Source: Nitrospinota bacterium (GTDB lineage: Bacteria > UBA8248). Taken from it: a DNA stretch of 44,183 nt. The notes beneath the pieces were generated by a model. The model made no database searches. It was not told the origin of the DNA and was given only the letters and a program-made list of their open reading frames with translations. The stretch is from contig JASLZZ010000117.1 in the NCBI GenBank assembly GCA_030754595.1, forward strand, positions 1-44,183. The letters are read 5' to 3'. The position numbers and the translations under genes are program-made. This document shows positions 8,889 through 18,655 of the stretch, piece after piece. Positions within the stretch are counted from its first letter, which is position 1, and each line of letters starts with the position of its first letter.

Positions 8889-9001
8889 CGGGGCGGTGAG
8901 AGATTTCTAAATCCAATCGCCCGAAAACTCAAGCCGTATAAGTCGTACAAACCGTACTTGCCAGCCCCGGCGGTTCGGGGTGGTGAGATATCTCTAAACC
9001 A
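8889..9001. repeat. Imperfect ~26-bp direct repeat pair (87-bp period) upstream of hisS
   Basis: cggggcggtgagagatttctaaatcca (8889-8915) vs cggggtggtgagatatctctaaacca (8976-9001). Confidence 0.65.
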
Positions 9002-9100
9002 GCCTTTCCCGAATGGTTCCTTGAATTGAAACATTCTAGTCTCAAATGGCCGTTCCGGGCCACGATACTTTTCCGAGCGGCCGCGGCGCTTGAGATCGAA

Positions 9101-9937
9101 TCATTTCTCCCCGACTAGGACATACGAATAGCAGAAGTGGCGGTCGAGAAAGCCGGTCTTGTGGGGGGGTGTATTCTTTAAAGCCGCGATCAACTCTTTT
9201 ATATTGGGGAACGATTTTTCGGATTCACGTATGCGTCTTGGATAACCGGTAAACTTTCGCAGCAGGCTCTTTACGTTTTCCCCAATCCAGTAATGAAGGT
9301 CGTCGCCGAAAAAAGTGCCGGGAACGACCCGGCAATTCGACAGGCCGGCGTCGCGGCCCAACCCGAGCATTTCGGCGCGGGAAAAAGGAACCTCCGGGAT
9401 GTTTTCGGGCCAAAAACCGAATAACTTTTGCAGTCCCAGCGCGATTCGACAGGGAAAGTAGCGCGCGTTCGGGACCACGATGAACGTCCGCCCGCCTTTT
9501 TTCAGGACGCGGGCGTGGGCGCGGATAATTTCCTTGCGCTCCTCTCCCAAGAAGTGCTCCGCCGTACCCACGGACAAGCTGAAGTCGAATTGGCCCGACA
9601 ATTCATCCGGCAGGTCGAGGGCATCACCCGTTCGAACCTCCGCTTTGAGCTGAAAGTGCGCGAAGATGCCTTTGACCTGTTCGATTGTGGATTCGTTGTA
9701 ATCGATCATGGTCGTTCGGCACCCCAGCAGACCGGCGTTAAGAGAAAATTTGCCGAATCCCGATCCGAGTTCAATCGTGCGGACCTCGCCGGGGTCCGCG
9801 AAATCGTTCTTGACCATATCCATGAAATACGGCCACGAGGGAATCAGGGGGGCGTTTTTGATCGCGAGGAGGATATTCGAGGTTTCAAAAGAACGGCGAT
9901 CCCAGGCGGTGACGGAATCCATGTTCGATATGCGCAT
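9101..9937 (-). CDS. Class I SAM-dependent methyltransferase
   Basis: IELGSGFG motif I, GDALDLP, FD..SVGTAEHF, RVLKKGG; start MRISNMD just after cobB stop. Confidence 0.85.
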   Translation of the reverse strand: MRISNMDSVTAWDRRSFETSNILLAIKNAPLIPSWPYFMDMVKNDFADPGEVRTIELGSGFGKFSLNAGLLGCRTTMIDYNESTIEQVKGIFAHFQLKAEVRTGDALDLPDELSGQFDFSLSVGTAEHFLGEERKEIIRAHARVLKKGGRTFIVVPNARYFPCRIALGLQKLFGFWPENIPEVPFSRAEMLGLGRDAGLSNCRVVPGTFFGDDLHYWIGENVKSLLRKFTGYPRRIRESEKSFPNIKELIAALKNTPPHKTGFLDRHFCYSYVLVGEK

Positions 9938-9960
9938 CAACGCTCTCTCCGCCAGTCGCG

Positions 9961-10710
9961 CTAGTCGCCGAAGGCCGCCTCGACGAGGGTGGGCAGGGCT
10001 TCTCCCGAGGCCGCCTGAACGGACTCGTTCGTCGCCGGGCTGAGGTCCGTGCGCTCCGGGTTCACCTCGAGGACGAACGCCCCCGCCCGCCGCGCCAGCA
10101 GGGGCATCCCCGCGGCGGGCTGAACCACCGCCGAGGTTCCCGCCACGATGAAGAAGTCGCTCTCCTCGGCGGCCCGGATGGCAGCGCCGATGGCCGCAGG
10201 GTCGAGCATCTCGCCGAACCACACGACGTGGGGCCGGAGGTGGCCGCCGCATATCCCGCAACGTGGCGGGATCGGCGAGACCGGGACCTCGCGGTTCTCC
10301 CGGGGCGCGGCGGCGCTCTCGCAGGCCGGGTCCGAGCAGCGCACCCGCCAGATATTTCCGTGCAGCTCGATGAGGTTCCTCGCCCCCGCGATGCGGTGGA
10401 GGTTGTCGATGTTCTGGGTGACGAGGGCGAAGCCCGGCGCGGCGGCCTCGAGAGCTGCCAGCGCGAAATGGCCGGGGTTGGGCTTGACCGGCGCGAGGAG
10501 TTCGCGCCGGTAGTTGTAGAACTCCCAGACGAGTTCGGGGTTCTTGGCGAAAGCCTCTGGGGTGGCCAGCGATGTGGCCTGATAGTTTCGCCAGAGGCCT
10601 CCCGCGCCCCGGAAGGTGGGCACCCCGCTCTTGGCGCTGACCCCGGCGCCGGTCAGCACGGTGACCGAACGGGCGGCCTGGAGGGCGGTGATCGCTTCGC
10701 GGGTGAACAT
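9961..10710 (-). CDS. cobB: NAD-dependent protein deacylase (sirtuin, class III-like)
   Basis: TGAGVSAxSGVPTFRG, WEFYNYRR, TQNIDNLH, ELHGN, Zn cysteines, LRPHVVWFGE, GTS. Confidence 0.93.
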   Translation of the reverse strand: MFTREAITALQAARSVTVLTGAGVSAKSGVPTFRGAGGLWRNYQATSLATPEAFAKNPELVWEFYNYRRELLAPVKPNPGHFALAALEAAAPGFALVTQNIDNLHRIAGARNLIELHGNIWRVRCSDPACESAAAPRENREVPVSPIPPRCGICGGHLRPHVVWFGEMLDPAAIGAAIRAAEESDFFIVAGTSAVVQPAAGMPLLARRAGAFVLEVNPERTDLSPATNESVQAASGEALPTLVEAAFGD

Positions 10711-10729
10711 GAGGTTTTATCCTGTGGGC

Positions 10730-10765
10730 GAGTCCTCATGGATGAGTTCTCATGAATGAGACCTC
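10730..10765. repeat. 14-bp tandem repeat containing two CTCAT-N2-ATGAG palindromes
   Basis: gagtcctcatggat|gagttctcatgaat|gagacctc. Confidence 0.65.
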
Positions 10766-10813
10766 CGGCGAGCGTATCCGCCCGGCGCGGCGGAGGCAAA
10801 TCCCATTTCACCG

Positions 10814-10842
10814 TTGACAGCGCGGAGGCGGGGTCATAGGTT
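10814..10842 (+). promoter_or_regulatory. Putative sigma70 promoter
   Basis: TTGACA-17 bp-TAGGTT upstream of the ORF at 10917. Confidence 0.5.
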
Positions 10843-10916
10843 GATAATGTTAAATTTCACTTGGGTTTGTAAAGATAGATCGCCCGCCCGATCGCCGAAA
10901 AAATCGAGACAATTCG

Positions 10917-11696
10917 ATGAGTTCAGGCATTTCACTCACAATCCCTGGAGATATTTATTATAAAAGCAGGCGAATGGTGGCATTTTGGATAAGCATAAGT
11001 TCAATTGATATTCTTGTGGGGATCTCCCCTGGTGCTGCAGATGGCTCGTTGGTTTTATTTTCGTTCAGGATAACGAAGCCGCAATTTCTTCCGGGTATTT
11101 TCTTTGTTGTTCTTCTATATGCTTTCTGGCAATTATGGACGAGTTGGCTCGTGCAAAGCGAGGAGGTGCGCAATTTTACGATCAATAAGTTTGGTTTCCG
11201 TGCAACTTTTGTTGTGGCTGTTATTTGCCTGGTTTTATATGTCGTAAAATTTATAACTCAAAACATTATATAAATTGATGATTTCGTAGCGTGGGTTTTT
11301 ATTGCGGTTTTCTCATCGATTGCAGTGGCGATATTGCAGAAACTAATCTTGTCAATTAGTGCGAGGTTGAAAGAAAAATCAGAAGGTGAAGAAATCCGCC
11401 TCATTAAAATTCTTGTGGGTTCACGGTGGAAGCTGATTTTTAATCTTGCTACCGGAAGTTGGAAAGCTATCTCATTTGAAGAAGGCGGCAAGATTGGAGA
11501 GGGATTTGACGAGAATGGAGAGATATGGCGAATCCGCGAGGGAACGCTGGAGATTTTGAATTCCCGCAGGCAGGTATTCAGTCGATTTCGATACTACGAA
11601 CCAAGAGACAGATTTGAGCACACAAACAACGACGACACCTTATCAATGCGCTCTCAATTAATTGAAAAATCTCAGATTAATACCGAGACATTATAA
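10917..11696 (+). pseudogene. AT-rich hypothetical membrane protein split by an in-frame TAA (11271-11273)
   Basis: ORFs 10917-11273 and 11325-11696 share a frame; the gap reads IDDFVAWVFIAVFSSIA (start of a TM helix) with no other stop. Confidence 0.65.
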
Positions 11697-11743
11697 ATTC
11701 TTGATTGATTCATGAATTGAACCAAACGCGAGGAGGATTTTTC

Positions 11744-13438
11744 ATGGCCCGAACCGGATCGAGAGCGCTGCTGGACGCCCTCCGCGAGAACGGGACCGAA
11801 CATATTTTCGGCATCCCCGGCACGCTCACCCTGCCGTTTTACGATGCCCTGATTGATTTTCCGATCGAGGCCGTCGTCACGCGCCACGAGCAGGGGGCCG
11901 GGTTCGCCGCCGACGCCTACGCCAAGGTGTCGGGGCGGACGGGGGTGGTCTTCACCGTTCCCGGACCGGGCGGAACGAACCTCGCCACCCCGCTTCAGTC
12001 GGCCTTCGAGGACGCGGTCCCCATCGTCGCCATCACGGCGGCCCTGACCGACTCCATGCGCGACAAGAGCGCCATCCACGATGTGGATATGGAGAACGCT
12101 CTCCGCGCCTGCGTGAAAACCGTACTCGTCCCGGACTCCGTCGCGGGTATTCCCCCGGCGGTGGACGCCGCCTTCAAGTGGGCGGCGGCGGGACGGCCGG
12201 GCCCGGTCCAGGTGGTGGTGAAATCGAACCTCCTCCGGGCGGAGGAAGAGCGCGTCCTCCGCGCCCCGGAATTCCCCCTGCCCGGCGATCCGCCCGCGCC
12301 GGACGAGGCCGAGCTCGACAGGGCCGCCGAGGCCCTTCTCGCGGCGAAGCGCCCGGTCATCTACGCCGGGTTCGGGGCCGTGGCCGCGGGCTGCGGGCGC
12401 GAGATTCAGCTCCTGGCCTCGAAGCTCGGCGCCCCAGTCGTCACCTCGGTCAAGGGCCGGGGAATCCTTTCGGAAAAAGACCCCCTCAATTTCGGCGTCG
12501 CCACCTTCGAGGGATGCGAGGACATGCTCTCGGAGGCCGACGTCTGCCTGGCGGTGGGAACGGGCTTCGGGCAGTTCGCCACCCAGTACTACCGGATGCC
12601 GGTTCCCGGAAACCTCATCCAGATCGACATCGACCCGGGCCGCCTCGGAAGGAACTATCCGGCGCGCCAGGAGATTCTGGCCGATGCTCTCTCGGCGATG
12701 ACGGGTCTCCTCAAGCGTCTCGAGATGATAGACGATCGCCCGCCGGGCGAGGGCCACTTCCGCGTCCGGACCTCGAAGTCGGTTTACGCCGAGCGCCTCC
12801 GCGCCTACATGGATCGGCCCGCCGCTCCGCCATTCGACGGCCTCTTCGTCATGAAAACGATTCGGGACGCCTTCTCCCCGGACACGATATTCATCTCGGA
12901 CAGCTCGCACACACAGAGCTGGCTCATGGAGCAGGCCCTTGAGATTTATCGTCCGAGGAGCGTGCTTCTATCGGAGGCCTATCAATCGATGGGCTATGCC
13001 GTATCGGCCGCCTACGGGGCGAAACTCGGGGCGCCGGAGCGGCCCGTCTGCGTCATCGTCGGGGACGGGAGCTTCGTCATGGCCTGCGGGGAGCTGGCGG
13101 CGGCGGTGTCCCTCGGCGTCGATTTGACCTACGTCATTTTCAACGATGGGCATTACGGCGCCCTGCGCCACTCGCAAAAACACGTCTACGGGGAGCGCTA
13201 CATCGGCGTCGAGCTCAACAGCCCCGACTTCGCTGCGCTGGCCGCCGCCTTCGGCGCGAAGGGCCGCCGCGTCGGCTCGGGCGGGGAGTTGGCCGAGGCC
13301 CTCTCGGTCGCGCGGGCCGGGGGAGGGGTGCACGTCATCGATTGTCCGATGGACAAAGATGCCCTGTCCTCGCGCTGGCAGCGCACCGTGAAAATCTTCA
13401 CCGCCGACCCCGGCTCGTCCGAGAAGGCCACCGACTAG
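11744..13438 (+). CDS. Thiamine pyrophosphate-binding protein (acetolactate synthase-like)
   Basis: IFGIPG, TRHEQGAGFAADAYAK, PGPGGTN, GDGSF..ND TPP motif; RBS AGGAGG. Confidence 0.92.
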   Translation: MARTGSRALLDALRENGTEHIFGIPGTLTLPFYDALIDFPIEAVVTRHEQGAGFAADAYAKVSGRTGVVFTVPGPGGTNLATPLQSAFEDAVPIVAITAALTDSMRDKSAIHDVDMENALRACVKTVLVPDSVAGIPPAVDAAFKWAAAGRPGPVQVVVKSNLLRAEEERVLRAPEFPLPGDPPAPDEAELDRAAEALLAAKRPVIYAGFGAVAAGCGREIQLLASKLGAPVVTSVKGRGILSEKDPLNFGVATFEGCEDMLSEADVCLAVGTGFGQFATQYYRMPVPGNLIQIDIDPGRLGRNYPARQEILADALSAMTGLLKRLEMIDDRPPGEGHFRVRTSKSVYAERLRAYMDRPAAPPFDGLFVMKTIRDAFSPDTIFISDSSHTQSWLMEQALEIYRPRSVLLSEAYQSMGYAVSAAYGAKLGAPERPVCVIVGDGSFVMACGELAAAVSLGVDLTYVIFNDGHYGALRHSQKHVYGERYIGVELNSPDFAALAAAFGAKGRRVGSGGELAEALSVARAGGGVHVIDCPMDKDALSSRWQRTVKIFTADPGSSEKATD

Positions 13439-13471
13439 AGTTCAGGAAATAGAGCAGAAATAGGGCGCGGT

Positions 13472-14074
13472 CTATTTTCTGGGTTTTAGATTCCCGGGCT
13501 TTCGATTATCTAGCTTTCGATCTCCGAGCTTTCGAATGGAAAGGCGCGCCTCGGGCGGGGCGCCCGTGATCGAGTGAAACAGCAGGGCATAGGAGTCTCC
13601 TCCCGCCGTGAACCGCCAGGTCTGACCCGGCTGGAGCGCCCGGCTCCGGTTGGAGGTTTCCCCGCCGTCGATTCCGGCGATTCGGATCCGCGCTCGCTCT
13701 CCGTCGAGCCGTGAAAGGGTGATGAATACCCGGTCGGGCACGATTTCAACGGCCTCGCTCAGCGGGAAGCCGCGTTCTTCGACAATCGGGGCGATCACCG
13801 GAGAGGATTTCTCTTTCGGAGGCGCTTTCCCGAGCCGGAGCTTCAGGGCGGCGGCCCGTTTTTCAATCTCCCCGTTGGCGGCACGCAGTTTAGCGCTCTC
13901 GGCTGAGAGGAGGCGGACCTGCTCCGTCAGAAGATCGATCTGGGCGGCGTGTTTCTTTCCGGTCGCGATAAACACCAGGCCGGCGGCGAAGGCCACCGTC
14001 GCCGCGGCCGAGAGCGACCAGGTAATGAGCGTTCGCCTGGAGTAGTAGACCGTGGCCGCGCTTTTCGAGTCCAT
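13472..14074 (-). CDS. Hypothetical protein (N-terminal TM helix plus coiled coil)
   Basis: Open ORF with hydrophobic segment, heptad-like region and beta-rich C-terminus; start may be 14086. Confidence 0.6.
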   Translation of the reverse strand: MDSKSAATVYYSRRTLITWSLSAAATVAFAAGLVFIATGKKHAAQIDLLTEQVRLLSAESAKLRAANGEIEKRAAALKLRLGKAPPKEKSSPVIAPIVEERGFPLSEAVEIVPDRVFITLSRLDGERARIRIAGIDGGETSNRSRALQPGQTWRFTAGGDSYALLFHSITGAPPEARLSIRKLGDRKLDNRKPGNLKPRK

Positions 14075-14090
14075 CTTTTCCCCCACGAAT

Positions 14091-16591
14091 TTACTTGTCG
14101 CCCCGGCGGCGGCGGGCTCTCAATCTTTTCTTCAACCTCTCCTCACCCGAATAATAGCGCACCCAGCGGCTTCGGGTGAGACGCGGCCAGGGCCTAGAGG
14201 CGCCGTAGCGCTCGATTCGCCCGCCGGCCCCGAGAGAGGCCCCGGCGGTCGAAACACGGACCATCCCCGCGTAGCGCGACCGATAAACGCCGAGGGCGCG
14301 CTGCCGCGCCCTGAGGATGCGCCATTTCTCCACGGGGAGGCGGCGGCTACTCTGCGGCGAGGCGATCACGGCGAACGGGCGTATCCGCTCGAGCCAGCTC
14401 AGTACCACTTTGTTCCTCAACAACCGCTCGGTAAGCCTGACGAGGTCGAATTTCCCCTTCGGCAGCCGGCCGGGTCTGATGCGTCGGCCGGCGCTCATGA
14501 ACATGAGCCACTGGGCCCGTCCGTGCTCGAGTTTAAAGGCAAGGTGCCCTCCGTCCCACTTCATGAGCGAAAGGCGGGCCTTGCGGGTCCGGGTTGTCCT
14601 GAGGGTTGGGTTTTCCTTGCCCGGGCCGCTGCGCGGGGCATGATTGCTGCGCGGGGAATGGTTGCTGCGCGGGGCATGATTTCCGTCCGGAGCGTTATCG
14701 CCGTGCGGGCCAGGAGGAAGAGTCCCGCCCAGTCCCGTTCTCCCTGATTTCTCAGCAGCGGGGCCAGCACGCGCCCCCAGGTGTCGAAGCGCGCCCGGCT
14801 GCGGCGGCTGGCGTCCACCGCGAACCCCCGCCCGTCCGACAGGCGGATGAAAAAATGTTTTTCGACCGGCGTCCGGGAGAATAAGCGTCGTCCGTCCGGT
14901 GGCCGGGGCGGGCCCGGCCGGAAAGGGCGAGATGACGAGGAAGACGGTGAGAGCGACCGCCGCCCAGCCCGTTCGCCTCAGGGCCGCCCTTCGCATTCAC
15001 AGCGCCACCGTCAACGCGGCGAGAAAGGCGGCGATGAGAAATCCGCCGGGGCGGGGAACCAGCAAGGTCCCGCCCGAGACGGAGGCGGCGAGCCGCGTCA
15101 AGGCGATCATGGCCCAGGCCTGGAAGCTCAGAAAATAACTGACAGGCGCGGTCAATACGCCTGACCACTCAAACCTTATGTAATCGGCGCCGGCCGCGAA
15201 GACACTTGTGATGAAGGTGAGGGGAACCGTGATCGAGGCTATCGGAATCAGCAGGAAATTCGTCGCCAGTCCGGCCAGATGAACTTCCTGGAGATGAAAG
15301 GCGGGGAGCGGAGCCATGGCGACCGTCACCACGAACTGTATGCCCGAGAATTGAAGGAGGCGGCATCGCCACCACCCCCAGTCTCTGACCCCGAGCCCGG
15401 GGCGGTGCGCGGGAGCCGCCGCGCCGCCAGGATGATCGCGGCCACGGCGATGAAGGAGAGTTGGAAGCCGGTGTCCCAAACGAAGCCGGGCTCCGCCGCC
15501 AGTATGATCAGCGCGGCCAGGAGAACGGAGTGCATCGCCCCGCCGGGCCGCTCGAAAATCCGCGTTGTCAGATACACCACCGCCATGATGGACGCGCGGA
15601 CGGTGGAGACCCGCGAGCCGGTCAAAAGGGTGAACAGGATGATGACGGGAATTACGGCTGCCGAGGCCGCCTTCATCGGTGTGATGACGACCGGCCGCGT
15701 GGGGAAGGCCCTGGGCGGAAGGAGCCTGAAGAGCCCGAGGAACGCAAAGTGGAAGAACGCCGTGATGAAACCAACGTGCAGGCCGCTGATCGCCAGAATG
15801 TGGCTGGCTCCCGCCAGGCGAAACGATTCCCGCACCTCCCGATCAAGGTCTTCCCTGACCCCCAGGGTGAGGGCTTCGAGGAGGGCGGCCCTCTCGGGAG
15901 AAAAAGTATCCTTCAGATAGGCCCGCAGGCGGTCCCGGAACCCGTATATCCACCGATTGAAGGCGTTCGTCTCCGCCCTGGCGATGCGCTCGATGGCGCG
16001 GGGCGAGAGATATGCCGTGGCGTGAATATTTCTTAGCCGAAGGAACTCTCGGTAGTCGAACGCCCCGGGATTGCGGTATCGAATCGGGGGAACCAACCTC
16101 ACCTTCCGCACGAGGACCCGGTCGCCCACGCCGTGGACGGTGGCCGGGGGCTTGGAAAGCGTGAGCCGGACCGTCCCCCGGACGGGAATCTCGACGCCCC
16201 GGACGGAGAGGTGCTCCACCTCAATATAAATCCGGGGGCGGGATGAGCCCGAGCGTCGTTCGGTGGGCCGGTAGATGTGTCCGGTGATGTTGACTTTCTC
16301 GCGCGGCAGGTTGTGGAGCAGGTGGTGAGACGGGACCGCCCATTGATGGAATGAGATGATGAAAACGGCCGCCGCCGACCCGGCGCCCGCGAGGATGAGC
16401 CGCAGGGCCGGTTTTCGGGCGTCCCGGCTCCGGCCCATCCGCCAGTGCCGGACCGCCCACCAGCAGAAAGCGGCGGCCCCCGCCGACGAACAGGCGGCCA
16501 GAAGGCCTCCCCGAAGGCCGGCCAGCGGCGGCATCCAGTCGGCCAGCAGTCCTCCGACGAAGCCCAGCGTAAAGAGATCGAGCGGAAACAC
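14091..16591 (-). pseudogene. comEC: ComEC/Rec2 DNA-uptake competence protein, disrupted
   Basis: DUF4131 RNPGAFDYREFL and Competence-domain GASHILAISGLHVG, GFQLSF; frameshift ~15395, in-frame TGA 14997-14999, frameshift in the A6 run ~14850; degenerate C-terminal lactamase-like part (FDTWGRVLAPLL). Confidence 0.85.
14628..14681. repeat. 3 x 18-bp tandem repeat in the comEC 3' region
   Basis: gctgcgcggggcatgatt / gctgcgcggggaatggtt / gctgcgcggggcatgatt. Confidence 0.9.
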
Positions 16592-16855
16592 CGGTTATTG
16601 ATTCTCCATCAATGTGAATAAGGGCCGGGTTTGGGGAAGGAGCCAGTTTAGATCATTTTCGCCCGGAGATGGGCAGCCGGATGGCCCTTGGAAGATGGTG
16701 CCGGTTTTTTCGGTTGGGGCGGATGGCCGGTTGAGGGGCTTTTTGGCCCGTGATAGGCTCGCGCCCCGATAAGCGGGGGCGTCTGTCCAGCTTTTCGCAC
16801 CCTGTGTTTTCAGGCGGTCCGGGGATTCATTGTAATTTAATAAGGGGTTCGGGAT

Positions 16856-18646
16856 TTGGGCACTCTTCTCGATGGGGGCCGGACGCACAACTGCGGGGAG
16901 CTTCGCGCCGCCGACGTGGGGAGCGAGGTGGTCCTCATGGGCTGGACCCATACGAACCGCGACCACGGCGGCTTGATATTCATCGATCTGCGCGACCGCT
17001 ACGGCCTCACCCAAGTTGTGGCCGACCCCTCCTACAGCGTGGACGCGCACCGGCTGGCCGACCGGGTCCGGTCGGAGTGGGTGCTCGCCATCAAGGGAAA
17101 GGTCATCGCCCGGCCCGAGGGGATGGCCAACCCGAACCTGGCGACGGGGGAGGTCGAGGTTCGGATCACGGAGCTCGAAATACTGAGCGAAGCCAAGACA
17201 CTGCCGTTTCCGATCGACGACGAGTCCACCGCCGGGGAAACCACCAGGCTCGAGTACCGCTACCTGGATTTGAGGCGCTCGGCGCTTCGGGAGAATTTCC
17301 TCCTCCGCCACCAGGCGACCCAGACCATCCGGAATTATCTGATCGAAAACGATTTTGTCGATGTCGAGACCCCGGTCCTGACGCGGAGCACCCCCGAGGG
17401 CGCGCGCGATTACCTCGTCCCCAGCCGGGTCCAGCGCGGTTCGTTTTTCGCGCTCCCGCAAAGCCCCCAGATGTTCAAGCAGATACTCATGGTCGCCGGC
17501 TTCGACCGCTACTATCAGATCGTCAAATGTTTCCGCGACGAGGACCTCCGCGCCGACCGGCAGCCGGAATTCACCCAGATCGACATCGAAACCTCGTTCA
17601 TGAACCGCGAATCCTTTTTCGGGATGATGGAGGGGTTGATGACCGCCATCTGGAAGGAGACGCTGGGCGTGGAACTCTCGCCCCCCTTCGCGCGGGTTCC
17701 CTACGATGAGGCCATCGAGCGATACGGAACCGACCGGCCGGACCGCCGCTTCGGGATGGAGTTGGCCACGATCTCGGACATCGCCGAGGCGAGCGGGTTC
17801 AAGGTTTTCAAGGGAGCGATTGAAAAAGGAGGCGTCGCCCGGGCGATGGCGGGCCCCGGCATGGCCTCGGCCTCGAGAAAAGAGATCGACGACATCATCG
17901 CGCGCGCGATTGCACTCGGCGCGGGCGGGCTCGCCTGGGTCAAGCGCACCGAGGAGGGTTACGAGTCGAATATCGCCAAGTTCTTCGGCGAGGGCCAGCT
18001 CGAGGAGATCGGCGCCCGGACGGGAGCCGAGGTGGGCGATCTGTTGATGATGGTGGCGGACAAACCCGAGGTGAGCGCGGCGGTACTCGGCCAGCTGAGG
18101 CAGGAGATCGCCGAACGGATCGGGCTGCTTGAGGCCCCGGAGAGAAAATTCGAGTTTTGCTGGGTGGTCGATTTCCCGCTCCTCGAGTGGAACGAGGAGG
18201 AGGGCCGCCACTTCGCCCTTCACCATCCCTTCACGGCGCCCGTCTCCGAGGACATCCCGCTGTTCGATACCGAGCCGACCCGAATCAGGGCGCTCGCCTA
18301 CGACCTGGTGCTCAACGGGCTCGAGATCGGGGGCGGCAGCACCCGAATTCACCAAAGAGAAGTCCAGCGCAGGATGTTCGAGGCCCTGGGCATGGACAAC
18401 GAGGAGGCGGAGCGGCGCTTTGGTTTCTTCATGGAGGCCCTCTCGTACGGAACGCCCCCCCACGGCGGCATCGCCTTCGGGCTCGACCGGATCATCATGC
18501 TCCTGACGGGCTCTCCCTCGATACGCGACGTTATCGCCTTTCCCAAGACGCAGCGGGCGGTCTGTCTCATGACGGGCGCTCCCTCCGGGGTGGATCACTT
18601 ACAACTCCGCGAACTCGGCATCCGAGGGGTGCAGCCGCCCCGCTGA
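16856..18646 (+). CDS. aspS: Aspartate--tRNA ligase (likely non-discriminating Asp/Asn)
   Basis: RDHGGLIFIDLRD, STPEGARDYLVP, LPQSPQ, FRDEDLRADRQPEFTQID, PPHGGIAFGLDR. Confidence 0.97.
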   Translation: MGTLLDGGRTHNCGELRAADVGSEVVLMGWTHTNRDHGGLIFIDLRDRYGLTQVVADPSYSVDAHRLADRVRSEWVLAIKGKVIARPEGMANPNLATGEVEVRITELEILSEAKTLPFPIDDESTAGETTRLEYRYLDLRRSALRENFLLRHQATQTIRNYLIENDFVDVETPVLTRSTPEGARDYLVPSRVQRGSFFALPQSPQMFKQILMVAGFDRYYQIVKCFRDEDLRADRQPEFTQIDIETSFMNRESFFGMMEGLMTAIWKETLGVELSPPFARVPYDEAIERYGTDRPDRRFGMELATISDIAEASGFKVFKGAIEKGGVARAMAGPGMASASRKEIDDIIARAIALGAGGLAWVKRTEEGYESNIAKFFGEGQLEEIGARTGAEVGDLLMMVADKPEVSAAVLGQLRQEIAERIGLLEAPERKFEFCWVVDFPLLEWNEEEGRHFALHHPFTAPVSEDIPLFDTEPTRIRALAYDLVLNGLEIGGGSTRIHQREVQRRMFEALGMDNEEAERRFGFFMEALSYGTPPHGGIAFGLDRIIMLLTGSPSIRDVIAFPKTQRAVCLMTGAPSGVDHLQLRELGIRGVQPPR

Positions 18647-18655
18647 GGTGATTCG

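Noticed and set aside
8889..9001. Mini-CRISPR or group II intron domain V remnant
   Set aside because: Only two divergent repeats with a ~60-bp spacer and no cas genes; the sequence after agccgtat does not form the domain V hairpin
14997..14999. In-frame TGA in comEC as selenocysteine
   Set aside because: Lies at the end of a TM segment, not a catalytic Cys position, and the gene has other lesions
16595..18598. Long antisense ORFs (667 aa here; also 33117-35216, 37562-39451, 7570-8916 and others)
   Set aside because: Shadow or alternative-frame ORFs of well-identified genes, expected in high-GC DNA; no recognisable motifs
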